A stretch of DNA of 20,000 bases from an uncultured virus (IMG/VR IMGVR_UViG_2740892240_000002) (lineage: Duplodnaviria > Heunggongvirae > Uroviricota > Caudoviricetes): the IMG/VR virus record IMGVR_UViG_2740892240_000002, positions 47,770-67,769 of that record. One strand, 5' to 3'. The notes beneath the pieces are model-generated. The model ran no database searches, was not told where the DNA came from, and saw nothing but the letters and a program-made list of their open reading frames with translations. Below, in pieces: positions 9,021 through 16,670 of the stretch. The translations under genes were made by a program, and so were the position numbers. How positions within the stretch are numbered: the stretch's first letter is position 1; each line of letters opens with the position of its first letter.

Positions 9021-10235
9021 TTATTTAAAAACTCTTAATCCACTACCTTTGCTCTCTGTATAAATTGCATATCTAAGTGCATCCAATACATCATCCCACA
9101 GCTTAATAGGTTCTCCTGTTGTTTTATTCCAAGCATACATAAAAATTTCTTTTTTAAATAAATCAGTATGTTCCTTTACTACCTTTAATTTATTAGTCTT
9201 AAATCCTTTTGCTACTACTTCAATTCCACTTAATACTGATTTATCAGCATTTTTAGCTCTTAGACCTTCCTTTTTAAATCTTGCTACATGTTCAGGTCTT
9301 GCACTATCACAATAAAAAATTATATTTCCATATTTACTTTTTATTGTTTTAGCTACATCTACCCAATAATCAATTTCTTCATATTGTCTTGCATACTCTC
9401 TTAATAAATATAAATTTTCATTATCATCTTTTCCTATAACAACTATAGAACCATGATGTTCATATCCCCAGTCAACACCTGCAAAAAATTTTACAAAATT
9501 TATATTTTTTAAATTACTTTCACTTATGTAATGAATATCTTTTCTAAAGTCTCTATAAACAATTCCTTCTGCAGATACCCATAATCCCTTTATATCTCTA
9601 TCATAAAACATTCCAGATGGAGTTGATGCTTTAATATTGTTTCTATATCTCTCACTTAAAAATGTATTCTCATCTAACTCATAGTGATAAGCTTGTATTA
9701 TTTTTCCATCTGCTTTATCTATAAAATTTGATTTTAGCCAGTGTTCTGGTTGATCTGGATTTGTATCTATTAATATTCGTGCTCCTTCACCAGAACATCT
9801 TGCTTTAATTTCATTAAAAACTTCTTCATTTGCCATAGTTCCTTCGTTTATATATGCTCCAAATGAAGTCATCCCTCTTATTCTTCCTAAATCATTTTTT
9901 TTTGAATGTCCAAAACAGCATACTTGAACTCCAAATAAAATAAATCTATTGTGTTTGTCAAACTTAAACTCAATATCATATTTATTGGTAAGTTCATTTA
10001 AAACATTTCTTTGAACTGATCCTAAATCAGCACCTGCTAAAATATATTGAGGTAATGTAATATTTAATTCATCAGCTATCTTTCTAACTCTTCTTAATTC
10101 ATATATAAATAGATCATTATCTAAAATAGTTTTTCCTGTTCTTTTAGCACCATGATTAATTAACATAAAAAAATCGTTGGTCATTGCAAAGTTCATTACT
10201 TCTAATTGTTTTTTATGATATAAATCATTTAACAT
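9021..10235 (-). CDS. terL: Terminase large subunit, PBSX family
   Basis: Walker A GAKRTGKT, Walker B-like AYINE, DTNP coupling motif, nuclease GVDWG and DDVLDALRYA. Confidence 0.95.
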   Translation of the reverse strand: MLNDLYHKKQLEVMNFAMTNDFFMLINHGAKRTGKTILDNDLFIYELRRVRKIADELNITLPQYILAGADLGSVQRNVLNELTNKYDIEFKFDKHNRFILFGVQVCCFGHSKKNDLGRIRGMTSFGAYINEGTMANEEVFNEIKARCSGEGARILIDTNPDQPEHWLKSNFIDKADGKIIQAYHYELDENTFLSERYRNNIKASTPSGMFYDRDIKGLWVSAEGIVYRDFRKDIHYISESNLKNINFVKFFAGVDWGYEHHGSIVVIGKDDNENLYLLREYARQYEEIDYWVDVAKTIKSKYGNIIFYCDSARPEHVARFKKEGLRAKNADKSVLSGIEVVAKGFKTNKLKVVKEHTDLFKKEIFMYAWNKTTGEPIKLWDDVLDALRYAIYTESKGSGLRVFK

Positions 10236-10920
10236 TTATATGTTCCTCTAATTTCGTAAAATATTGATCTATTTTTTCTTCTCTATTTTTTTCATTATTA
10301 ACTATTCTAGACTTTAAGACTTCTATTCTAGCTTTTTGTTCTTCAGTAGCTAAATTAAAATTAGAATTAATCATATTGTCATATTGCTTAATTAAACTCC
10401 TTAATTCGCTCATTGCTCTACTTTGAGCATTAAGAAAAGAAGCTTGTCTATCCCATGCAAATTGAAGTTCATACTCTATCTTTTGAGATAACTCACTTTG
10501 TTCCTCTTTTTTTACTTCTCTTATTATTTCATCTTTTTCAGCAACATACATAATTTTTTGAGCTCTTATTATAGCCGCATACTGTATTACAATTTGTTCC
10601 CAAAGTATATCTATCTGTTTTTTTTCAACTATAGAATCCATTAACTCTAAAGTTTCATCTGGTAAGTATTTAGAAAAAAAGCCAAACTTTTCAGCATTTT
10701 TATTTCCTTTTGGGGCTCCATGTCCAACTGCATTTTTATTATTAAGAGGAGCTCCTCCAGTATTCTTAGGTATTCCCTTTCGCCGTTTTTCTTCAGCCCA
10801 TTTATATCTACTTATCCATGATTTCAGTGTATTTATATTAATTCCATGATTTTTACATATTTGTTTTTGTTTTATTCCATTTAGATAATCTATTTTAGCT
10901 AAATCCTTTAAATCTGCCAC
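10225..10920 (-). CDS. terS: Terminase small subunit
   Basis: GTG start after GAGGTGG; N-terminal HTH (INTLKSWISRYKW), GAPKGNKNAEKFGFFSKYLP motif; overlaps terL. Confidence 0.9.
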   Translation of the reverse strand: MADLKDLAKIDYLNGIKQKQICKNHGININTLKSWISRYKWAEEKRRKGIPKNTGGAPLNNKNAVGHGAPKGNKNAEKFGFFSKYLPDETLELMDSIVEKKQIDILWEQIVIQYAAIIRAQKIMYVAEKDEIIREVKKEEQSELSQKIEYELQFAWDRQASFLNAQSRAMSELRSLIKQYDNMINSNFNLATEEQKARIEVLKSRIVNNEKNREEKIDQYFTKLEEHINVK

Positions 10921-10941
10921 ATCACCACCTCAATTCTTTGT

Positions 10942-10986
10942 TAAATAAAAAAGCCACTAATCTTTTTAAGATTTAGTGACTTTTTT
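10942..10986 (-). terminator. Intrinsic terminator immediately upstream of terS
   Basis: - strand GTCACTAAATCTT-AAA-AAGATTAGTGGC hairpin (one bulge, one G-U) followed by TTTTTTATTT; A6 tract on the other side. Confidence 0.8.
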
Positions 10987-11042
10987 ATTACTATGCATTT
11001 AAACATATGAAAACTTGTTGCAAAATAACAGTTTTAGTTTAT

Positions 11043-11073
11043 ACTCCATACCGCTATAGAGTTCTCAAAGAGC
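11043..11073 (-). promoter_or_regulatory. boxA-like motif plus adjacent hairpin (candidate antitermination site)
   Basis: - strand GCTCTTTGAGAAC (11073-11061) resembles rrn/lambda boxA; directly followed by ACTCTATA-GCGG-TATGGAGT 8-bp stem-loop. Confidence 0.45.
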
Positions 11074-11090
11074 CGTAAAGTTATAATATT

Positions 11091-11164
11091 TGATGAGAAT
11101 ATATGGTTTCGAACCATATTCTACTAATAAATTTAGCTGTTTTCCCATATTAAACTATATCCTC
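11091..11164 (-). tRNA. tRNA-like element / pseudo-tRNA with aberrant anticodon arm (identity undetermined; possibly Lys-UUU-like)
   Basis: - strand: GAGGATA (acceptor) TA GTTT-AATATGGGA-AAAC (D arm) A GCTAA-ATTTA-TTAGT (anticodon arm, 15 nt) AGAA TATGG-TTCGAAA-CCATA (T arm) TATTCTC A TCA. Confidence 0.7.
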
Positions 11165-11260
11165 ATATATAGATTAAATACAAATCTATCTTAATTATTT
11201 TATATAAAATAATGTAATCGATAGTAAGTAGTTAATATTGTATAATTTCTTTATACTAAT

Positions 11261-11313
11261 ATAATATCATACTTACTATCAATTTAATTCTTCACTTTTT
11301 CCGAAGTTTTTCT
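11261..11313 (-). promoter_or_regulatory. Candidate activator-dependent late promoter
   Basis: Extended -10 TGaTATTAT (11269-11261) with no consensus -35, GAAAAA direct repeats 11 nt apart upstream, located just downstream of the ArpU/RinA-like gene. Confidence 0.45.
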
Positions 11314-11344
11314 AAAAATATATACTCATTCAAGATTAAAATTT

Positions 11345-11830
11345 TTATCTACTATGATTTTCAAAATTATAAAGTGGAAAAATTATAGGTATAGATTTTT
11401 TTATCATATTTTCTCTTATGGAGTAATACGTATCTTTTCCTACATTCATTTTTAATCCATATACTTGCCAATTTTTTATATTTTGTATGTATCTAATATT
11501 AAACATTTCATTTTCTTCTTTATTAAAGTTATCTATAGCTCTCTCAACTCGTTTTATACTTACCTCTTTTTCATACTTTAATTGTTCTAATAACTGTAAC
11601 TTCTTCTGTTTTTGAATAATTTCTATTTCAACAGGTGAATTTATATTATCACTTTTTTGAACTTTTTCTAAATACTCAGTTGACCTAAAACCATTGTAAT
11701 CAAACTTTATAAATTCTATCTCTTCTTCTATACATATAACTTCTCTTTTTAAATCTTTAAATTGATAAAATAGACTTTCAACTTTATTAAATAAGTTATG
11801 TTTTTTTGATACTTTTACTGTAGTACTCAT
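11345..11830 (-). CDS. Putative late transcriptional activator (ArpU/RinA-like)
   Basis: 161 aa, last gene before packaging module; VESLFYQF N-terminus, SPVEIE, coiled coil, C-terminal sigma region 4-like HTH (FNIRY..NWQVYGLKMNVGKDTYYSIR). Confidence 0.75.
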   Translation of the reverse strand: MSTTVKVSKKHNLFNKVESLFYQFKDLKREVICIEEEIEFIKFDYNGFRSTEYLEKVQKSDNINSPVEIEIIQKQKKLQLLEQLKYEKEVSIKRVERAIDNFNKEENEMFNIRYIQNIKNWQVYGLKMNVGKDTYYSIRENMIKKSIPIIFPLYNFENHSR

Positions 11831-11846
11831 AATATCACCTCTATTA

Positions 11847-12251
11847 TTATTCTAATTCTTCGATTATAACTTCAACTCTAGGATTATTATCAAAGTATTT
11901 ATTTGCAATTAATTCAACAATTTGTGTATCATCATTATAAGCAACTTTATTTAAAGCATCACATATTATTTTTACAACATTATCTATGTCTGGCTTAATA
12001 TTAAAAGGTCTTACTTTACCACTTAATTTTGATTCTTTTAGCTTTTTATTATCACTTTTAGCTATTTTATAATAGCAATTTATAGTTAGTTTTATAGCTT
12101 CAGAAAAATAAGGTTTATTTTCTGCTCTATATAATAGTTTTATATAATTTTCATAAATAATAGTTTCTTCTGGTGTTCTTATTTTTCCATAACTTAACCT
12201 TGGTCTATCCTTTCCTTTTGGTTTTCCATTTATAATAAATTTAGCTTTCAT
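11847..12251 (-). CDS. rusA: RusA-family Holliday junction resolvase
   Basis: GKPKGKDRPR N-terminus, catalytic KPDIDNVVKIICDALNKVAYNDDTQIV, terminal PRVEVII. Confidence 0.93.
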   Translation of the reverse strand: MKAKFIINGKPKGKDRPRLSYGKIRTPEETIIYENYIKLLYRAENKPYFSEAIKLTINCYYKIAKSDNKKLKESKLSGKVRPFNIKPDIDNVVKIICDALNKVAYNDDTQIVELIANKYFDNNPRVEVIIEELE

Positions 12252-12260
12252 ACTAATCTC

Positions 12261-12479
12261 CTAATAATTTTTCGAATTAAAATCATCTTCATTTGATTCT
12301 CCACCTTTAATGCCCCATACACTCATTACCTTATCAGCACTTTGTGGATAATTTATTTTCCCATTTATCTCTTTACCACATATACACTGAGCTAAAGCCA
12401 TATAATTTGGATATGTTTTTGAGTCACTAGGCTTAAAAAATGTTTTTTGTACACTGGGTATGTACGCTTCTTTTTTCAT
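12261..12479 (-). CDS. Hypothetical phage protein (72 aa; ORF track start 12494)
   Basis: GGAGGG RBS favours ATG at 12479; contains NYMALAQCI motif shared with neighbour. Confidence 0.7.
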   Translation of the reverse strand: MKKEAYIPSVQKTFFKPSDSKTYPNYMALAQCICGKEINGKINYPQSADKVMSVWGIKGGESNEDDFNSKNY

Positions 12480-12598
12480 AAATCTGCCCTCCATAAATTT
12501 TTAAATTAACACTTTATTTTAATTTATAAACTTGTTGTTTGTTTTTTATAAATATTTAATTTAATAATATTGTTTTTTCATATTTATAAGTTATAATT

Positions 12599-13138
12599 TT
12601 AACAATTAAATTTCTTATTATCTTTAATTTCTATTTTATATCTTTGCCTAAATAACCTTTTAGCTTCTATAGCTTGTTTTAAATTTCCTCGGCTAGCATT
12701 TAAGTACTCACATGCTTTATTAATGCTTTTTATCTCAATAATTTCATTTTTCAAAGTATCTGTAATTCTAACTTCCTTACATTTTATCCTTTCAATATTC
12801 TCTGGTACTTCAATCATATATCGTTTTTTGAATTTAATTTTATGTTTTATATATATAGTTATATCTGATCTTCTAATGTTTAAAAATTTACAACAATCAT
12901 TTAATGTATTAAACTCATAAATCTTATTTTCAACCTCATCTGTAACCCTCGCTCTATGATTATAACTTTTTTTAGGGCTTTTAATATTCCTATATGCTCC
13001 ACCCTCTCCATATCTAGCATCCTCTAAAATTATATGTTTAATTGCTTTTCCAATACTTAATTTAGGGTTTAGTATACAAGCTAGTAATGCCATATAGTTT
13101 TCTGTAAAGTCAAAATCATATGTATTGCTATATTTCAT
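12599..13138 (-). CDS. Putative DNA-binding protein with two NUMOD1-like HTH repeats
   Basis: Repeats EFNTLNDCCKFLNIRRSDITIYIK..KRYMIE and EIKSINKACEYLNASRGNLKQAIE..QRYKIE; AGGAG RBS; no nuclease motif seen. Confidence 0.65.
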   Translation of the reverse strand: MKYSNTYDFDFTENYMALLACILNPKLSIGKAIKHIILEDARYGEGGAYRNIKSPKKSYNHRARVTDEVENKIYEFNTLNDCCKFLNIRRSDITIYIKHKIKFKKRYMIEVPENIERIKCKEVRITDTLKNEIIEIKSINKACEYLNASRGNLKQAIEAKRLFRQRYKIEIKDNKKFNC

Positions 13139-13171
13139 ATCTGATAGCTTCTCCTTTTCTGCTTTTCATCT

Positions 13172-13966
13172 TTACTTAGCTTCATAAATTCTATAATTTA
13201 ATTTTTTACCTTTCATTATAACTGTATAATTTTTGCATTTTTCATATAACCTAGACCCTATAGCTTCATCAATTTCTAATAAGTTACTCAATGATTTTTC
13301 AGTAGTAATTATCATGGGAAGGTTTTTGAAGTATCTATAATCAATTATTTCATACATTATGTTTATATCAGATTCAGTAATTCTTCCCTTAAATAAATCA
13401 TCTATAAATAAAATCTGAGCTTCCTTATATTTGATTATTTCTCTTTGATAATTTTCTTCATCAGTTATACACTGCTTAATTTTAGTTATGATGTTTCTAT
13501 AAGGCATATATATAACGCCTTTACCATCATCTAATAGTATATTTGATATAGCCATAGCTAAATGTGTTTTACCACTTCCAACTTGTCCCATTAGCATTAT
13601 TGAATTTTGCTTCTTATTAATAATAGATTTAAATTCTTTAGAGTAAGTCTTTGATGTTACATACGCTTCCATTGCCTCAATACTACTTTCATACTTAAAA
13701 TTTTCAAATCTCATTTTTCTAAATTCTTCACTTATCCCTGATAGTTTTAACTTATTCTCTGCTATTCTTAAGTTTCTACATTTACATGGTGCAAAACTTC
13801 CATCATCTAGCTCTATAAAGAGCATATCTCTACATTTAGAACACTTATATTCATTTTTTGCTAAGCTCTTTGCACTTTTCAAGCAATCTAATTTTTCTTG
13901 ATTCTTCACTTTCTCTACTATCATTTGTACTCTTTTTTGTAGATTTATCTTTTCTTGTTCTAACAT
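13172..13966 (-). CDS. DnaC/IstB-like ATPase (helicase loader); ORF track start 13975
   Basis: Zn motif CSKC..CKC, Walker A GQVGSGKT, Walker B LFIDDL, SRL arginine finger; AGGAG spacing favours ATG 13966. Confidence 0.9.
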   Translation of the reverse strand: MLEQEKINLQKRVQMIVEKVKNQEKLDCLKSAKSLAKNEYKCSKCRDMLFIELDDGSFAPCKCRNLRIAENKLKLSGISEEFRKMRFENFKYESSIEAMEAYVTSKTYSKEFKSIINKKQNSIMLMGQVGSGKTHLAMAISNILLDDGKGVIYMPYRNIITKIKQCITDEENYQREIIKYKEAQILFIDDLFKGRITESDINIMYEIIDYRYFKNLPMIITTEKSLSNLLEIDEAIGSRLYEKCKNYTVIMKGKKLNYRIYEAK

Positions 13967-14744
13967 ATAGATCATCTCCTTTATACAATTTGGCTTCTAC
14001 ATTTTTTTCTATATTTGATCTGTATAATTTTAATTTATCCACCGTAGTAATTCCAGCTTCTAACCACTTATTTATAATACCTTCTATGTAGTATATAGAT
14101 TTTATATTTGATTTTATAGATATTCTCATTGCTTCTATAAATAACTCATTTTGTATTTTTTTTGATAATTTAACTATCCTATCTTGTTCAATTGAATTTA
14201 ATATATAATTACTAGCTATTTCTCTTTTATAAAAGTTTATTATATCTTCTATAGTAGTCTCTTTTGTATTATCCAAATTATTTAAACTTATATTTTTAAT
14301 ATTGTTATTATTAAAGCTTTTATTATTAGGGGGGTTAATTTGATTACTATCAAGTTGACTACTATCAAATTGACCATTGTCAATTTGACTAGTATCATAT
14401 TCTTCTCTTGCAACTTTTATTTCTCTAGTATCCATTATTAATTCATATAAGTTGCTGTCATTTCTATTACCTTTTCGTCTCTTATAAACACGTATATATC
14501 CATGTTCTTTTAATTGTTTTATATTTTTATTAAATCTTCTCTCCGTTGTTGCTAGTTCAGCGAGCATTAATTCTTTTCCCGGAAAACAACTCCCATTACT
14601 TCCTGCAAAACTAGCTAAATATGCATATATAGCTTTTGCTTCTAAGCTTAACAATTTATCTCTAGTTATCTTTTTAGGAATTAAACCATATCCTTCATTT
14701 AAAATACTGGTACTTTGAAAATATGGTTTATCTTTCACTTCCAC
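13851..14744 (-). CDS. Phage replication initiator (N-terminal HTH, C-terminal DnaD-like domain)
   Basis: LSLEAKAIYAYL..CFPG winged HTH, Asn-rich linker, YIEGIINKWLEAGITT DnaD-like motif; precedes DnaC-like gene. Confidence 0.88.
   Translation of the reverse strand: MEVKDKPYFQSTSILNEGYGLIPKKITRDKLLSLEAKAIYAYLASFAGSNGSCFPGKELMLAELATTERRFNKNIKQLKEHGYIRVYKRRKGNRNDSNLYELIMDTREIKVAREEYDTSQIDNGQFDSSQLDSNQINPPNNKSFNNNNIKNISLNNLDNTKETTIEDIINFYKREIASNYILNSIEQDRIVKLSKKIQNELFIEAMRISIKSNIKSIYYIEGIINKWLEAGITTVDKLKLYRSNIEKNVEAKLYKGDDLYVRTRKDKSTKKSTNDSRESEESRKIRLLEKCKELSKK
14337..14396. repeat. Four tandem 15-bp iterons (putative phage replication origin)
   Basis: AATTTGATTACTATC, AAGTTGACTACTATC, AAATTGACCATTGTC, AATTTGACTAGTATC, adjacent to an AT-rich tract (~14275-14328), inside the initiator gene. 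Confidence 0.8.
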
Positions 14745-14782
14745 TATATTTCACCTTCTTTTGTATTAAATAGCCATTATCA

Positions 14783-15595
14783 TTATTGAGTAATATTTAT
14801 TTCTTCACTTTCATCTTTTAATTCAAATCCAACCTCAATAGGTTCTGTTTCATCTTCGATTAAACTCATATCTTCATCTATTTTAGATTTAACAGTTTCA
14901 TCTGAGTTAACTGCCTTTTGAATTTCTATACTTAGTGGAGCGTATTTTAAAAGTTGTTTTATAACAGTTTTCTTTGCCATTGCATTAAAATCAGTTTGCC
15001 AAGGTCCATTTTTAAAAGTCTTACTTTTACTTCTAGCATGGTTTAACACTTCTTCTTTAGTCATGAATATAAAACTATATCCACCTGAAGTTAAATGGTA
15101 AACTGAGTAATAACCTATAACTTCTCCTCTTTCCCCAGTTATTACAGGCTCATGTATAATATCTTGATTTAGTCCATACTTTACTTCAAACTTATCATTT
15201 TCTCTAACCTCATGTGCATATAAACTCTTTATTTGTCCACTTCTTAATGCCAACTCCAGTAATCCCTTATATCCAATTTGAAATTGAACTTTATTACCAT
15301 ATGGAATTAGATAGGCTTGTCCTAGTGGTGTATTTGGTTCTAAACCTAGTTGAGCTGAATCCATCATAGCTGCTAAAAAACTCATAGGATCACAACTTAA
15401 AAATTTAGAATTACTTCCAAATGCTGTTAAAACTAGTCTTTGAAATCTCTCGCTTGATATATGTTCTGGTAAGGCTTTCTTTATTTGCCCTGACATTTGT
15501 CTCATTAATTGCTCCATAGCTTTATTTGGGCTAGATTTTTTGACATTTATTGTTTCTAATGCTTTATTTGCTAGTTTATTTTTTAAATCTGTCAT
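14783..15595 (-). CDS. recT: RecT-family single-strand annealing protein (ORF track start 15607)
   Basis: AQLGLEPNTPLGQAYLIPY, QFQIGYKGLLELALRSG, PWQTDFNAMAKKTVIKQLLKYAPLS. Confidence 0.95.
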   Translation of the reverse strand: MTDLKNKLANKALETINVKKSSPNKAMEQLMRQMSGQIKKALPEHISSERFQRLVLTAFGSNSKFLSCDPMSFLAAMMDSAQLGLEPNTPLGQAYLIPYGNKVQFQIGYKGLLELALRSGQIKSLYAHEVRENDKFEVKYGLNQDIIHEPVITGERGEVIGYYSVYHLTSGGYSFIFMTKEEVLNHARSKSKTFKNGPWQTDFNAMAKKTVIKQLLKYAPLSIEIQKAVNSDETVKSKIDEDMSLIEDETEPIEVGFELKDESEEINITQ

Positions 15596-15613
15596 TTTAT
15601 ATACCATCCTTTT

Positions 15614-16591
15614 TTATTTTTCTTTTCCAATCTTAAAAATTCTTGAAGTACTAATTTTCATAAATTGCTCTGCTATATCTGGCATCTCAGCTTTTAATCT
15701 TCTACTATCTAAAGTTTTTCTAGAAGAATTTTTCCATGTTATTTTTCTAGTTCCTATTCTAGCTACTTCAAATTCTTCCATATGAGCTTGTATTTCTTGT
15801 TCTATTAATTTTTTCTCCTTCTCTAATTGTTTTATATCTGATAATATGTCATCATATCTTAAAAGCTTTTCTTTCCCATTTTCTAAAAAATGCAATTCTA
15901 TTTCTTCATTATTAGAAAATTTATATTTCTCTTTTAAATACTCACTGTATGCATCTGATCCATCTGGTAAAGGTACAATATCTTTTAATATGTTTTCTTC
16001 CCAAAACCTTTTTTCTATTTGCATAAGATAGTTTATCGACTCTTCATCCCTAACTAATTTATGAAATAAGAATTCACTGTTCCCAATTAACACAGCTATA
16101 TAGCAATGTGTAGCACCTGTTATAGCCATATAATGTAAGCATTGAATTTCATAATGTATTGGAATCCCTTCTTGCCATTCTTTTAGTGAATATGAACCCG
16201 TTGTTTTACACTCTAAAAAAGCTTTTTCTCCTAAAATAGCTCTATCTATATTTCCTAGTGCAAAAGGATATTTATCATTTTTAAGTATGCCATTAACATT
16301 TCTTACCTTTAATCCAGTTTTTTCTGTAAATAATTCAGCAACCAAGCCCTCTAATCTATTTCCTAATTCAAGTCTAAAAGATTTAACTTCTTTTGGACTA
16401 TCTGCTTTTTTTTCCATATAAAGTTGTATTGAACTCTTCCATGGATTAACTCCTATAACTGCAGATGCATCACTACCTCCTATTCCCGATTGTCTGTACT
16501 TTAGCCATTTATCCTTTTTTATATCTTTTGTATCAACTACTATGTATGAATCTAAATATTTTCTTTGCCTTTCACATTTATTTCTATTCAT
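15614..16591 (-). CDS. yqaJ: YqaJ-like viral recombinase/exonuclease (ORF track start 16600)
   Basis: WLKYRQSGIGGSDASAVIGVNPWKS, GNRLE, NIDR..LECKT, IPIHYEIQCLHYM. Confidence 0.93.
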   Translation of the reverse strand: MNRNKCERQRKYLDSYIVVDTKDIKKDKWLKYRQSGIGGSDASAVIGVNPWKSSIQLYMEKKADSPKEVKSFRLELGNRLEGLVAELFTEKTGLKVRNVNGILKNDKYPFALGNIDRAILGEKAFLECKTTGSYSLKEWQEGIPIHYEIQCLHYMAITGATHCYIAVLIGNSEFLFHKLVRDEESINYLMQIEKRFWEENILKDIVPLPDGSDAYSEYLKEKYKFSNNEEIELHFLENGKEKLLRYDDILSDIKQLEKEKKLIEQEIQAHMEEFEVARIGTRKITWKNSSRKTLDSRRLKAEMPDIAEQFMKISTSRIFKIGKEK

Positions 16592-16670
16592 AAAATCCAC
16601 CCTTCTATTGGACTATTATATTTAATAATTTATTTAAAATTAAGCTTGTCCTAATTTGTATGTATAGCTA

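Noticed and set aside
9840..9860. TerL Walker B reads YINE instead of a DE pair, suggesting inactivation
   Set aside because: To my knowledge this variant occurs in PBSX-family terminases; other motifs are intact
10690..10760. Duplicated GAPxxNKNA motif in terS
   Set aside because: Common feature of this small terminase family
11030..11090. HDV-like theta ribozyme downstream of the tRNA-like element
   Set aside because: No nested double-pseudoknot pairing could be found by eye immediately 3' of the element; a motif search would be needed to exclude it fully
11089..11127. TGATGAG followed by a hairpin on the + strand, resembling a hammerhead ribozyme core
   Set aside because: Lacks the initial C of CUGAUGA and the GAAA after stem II; explained as the reverse complement of the tRNA-like T arm and acceptor
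11123..11137. Ochre suppressor (UUA anticodon) or genetic-code reassignment
   Set aside because: TTA is off-centre in the loop, and genes in the window end normally at TAA/TAG with no in-frame stops
12495..12598. Extremely AT-rich spacer as possible ORF, promoter or origin
   Set aside because: Only a 6-codon ORF; no convincing repeat or promoter pair distinguishable from background
14337..14396. CRISPR array or DGR repeat
   Set aside because: Repeats are contiguous with no spacers; no cas or reverse transcriptase gene in the window
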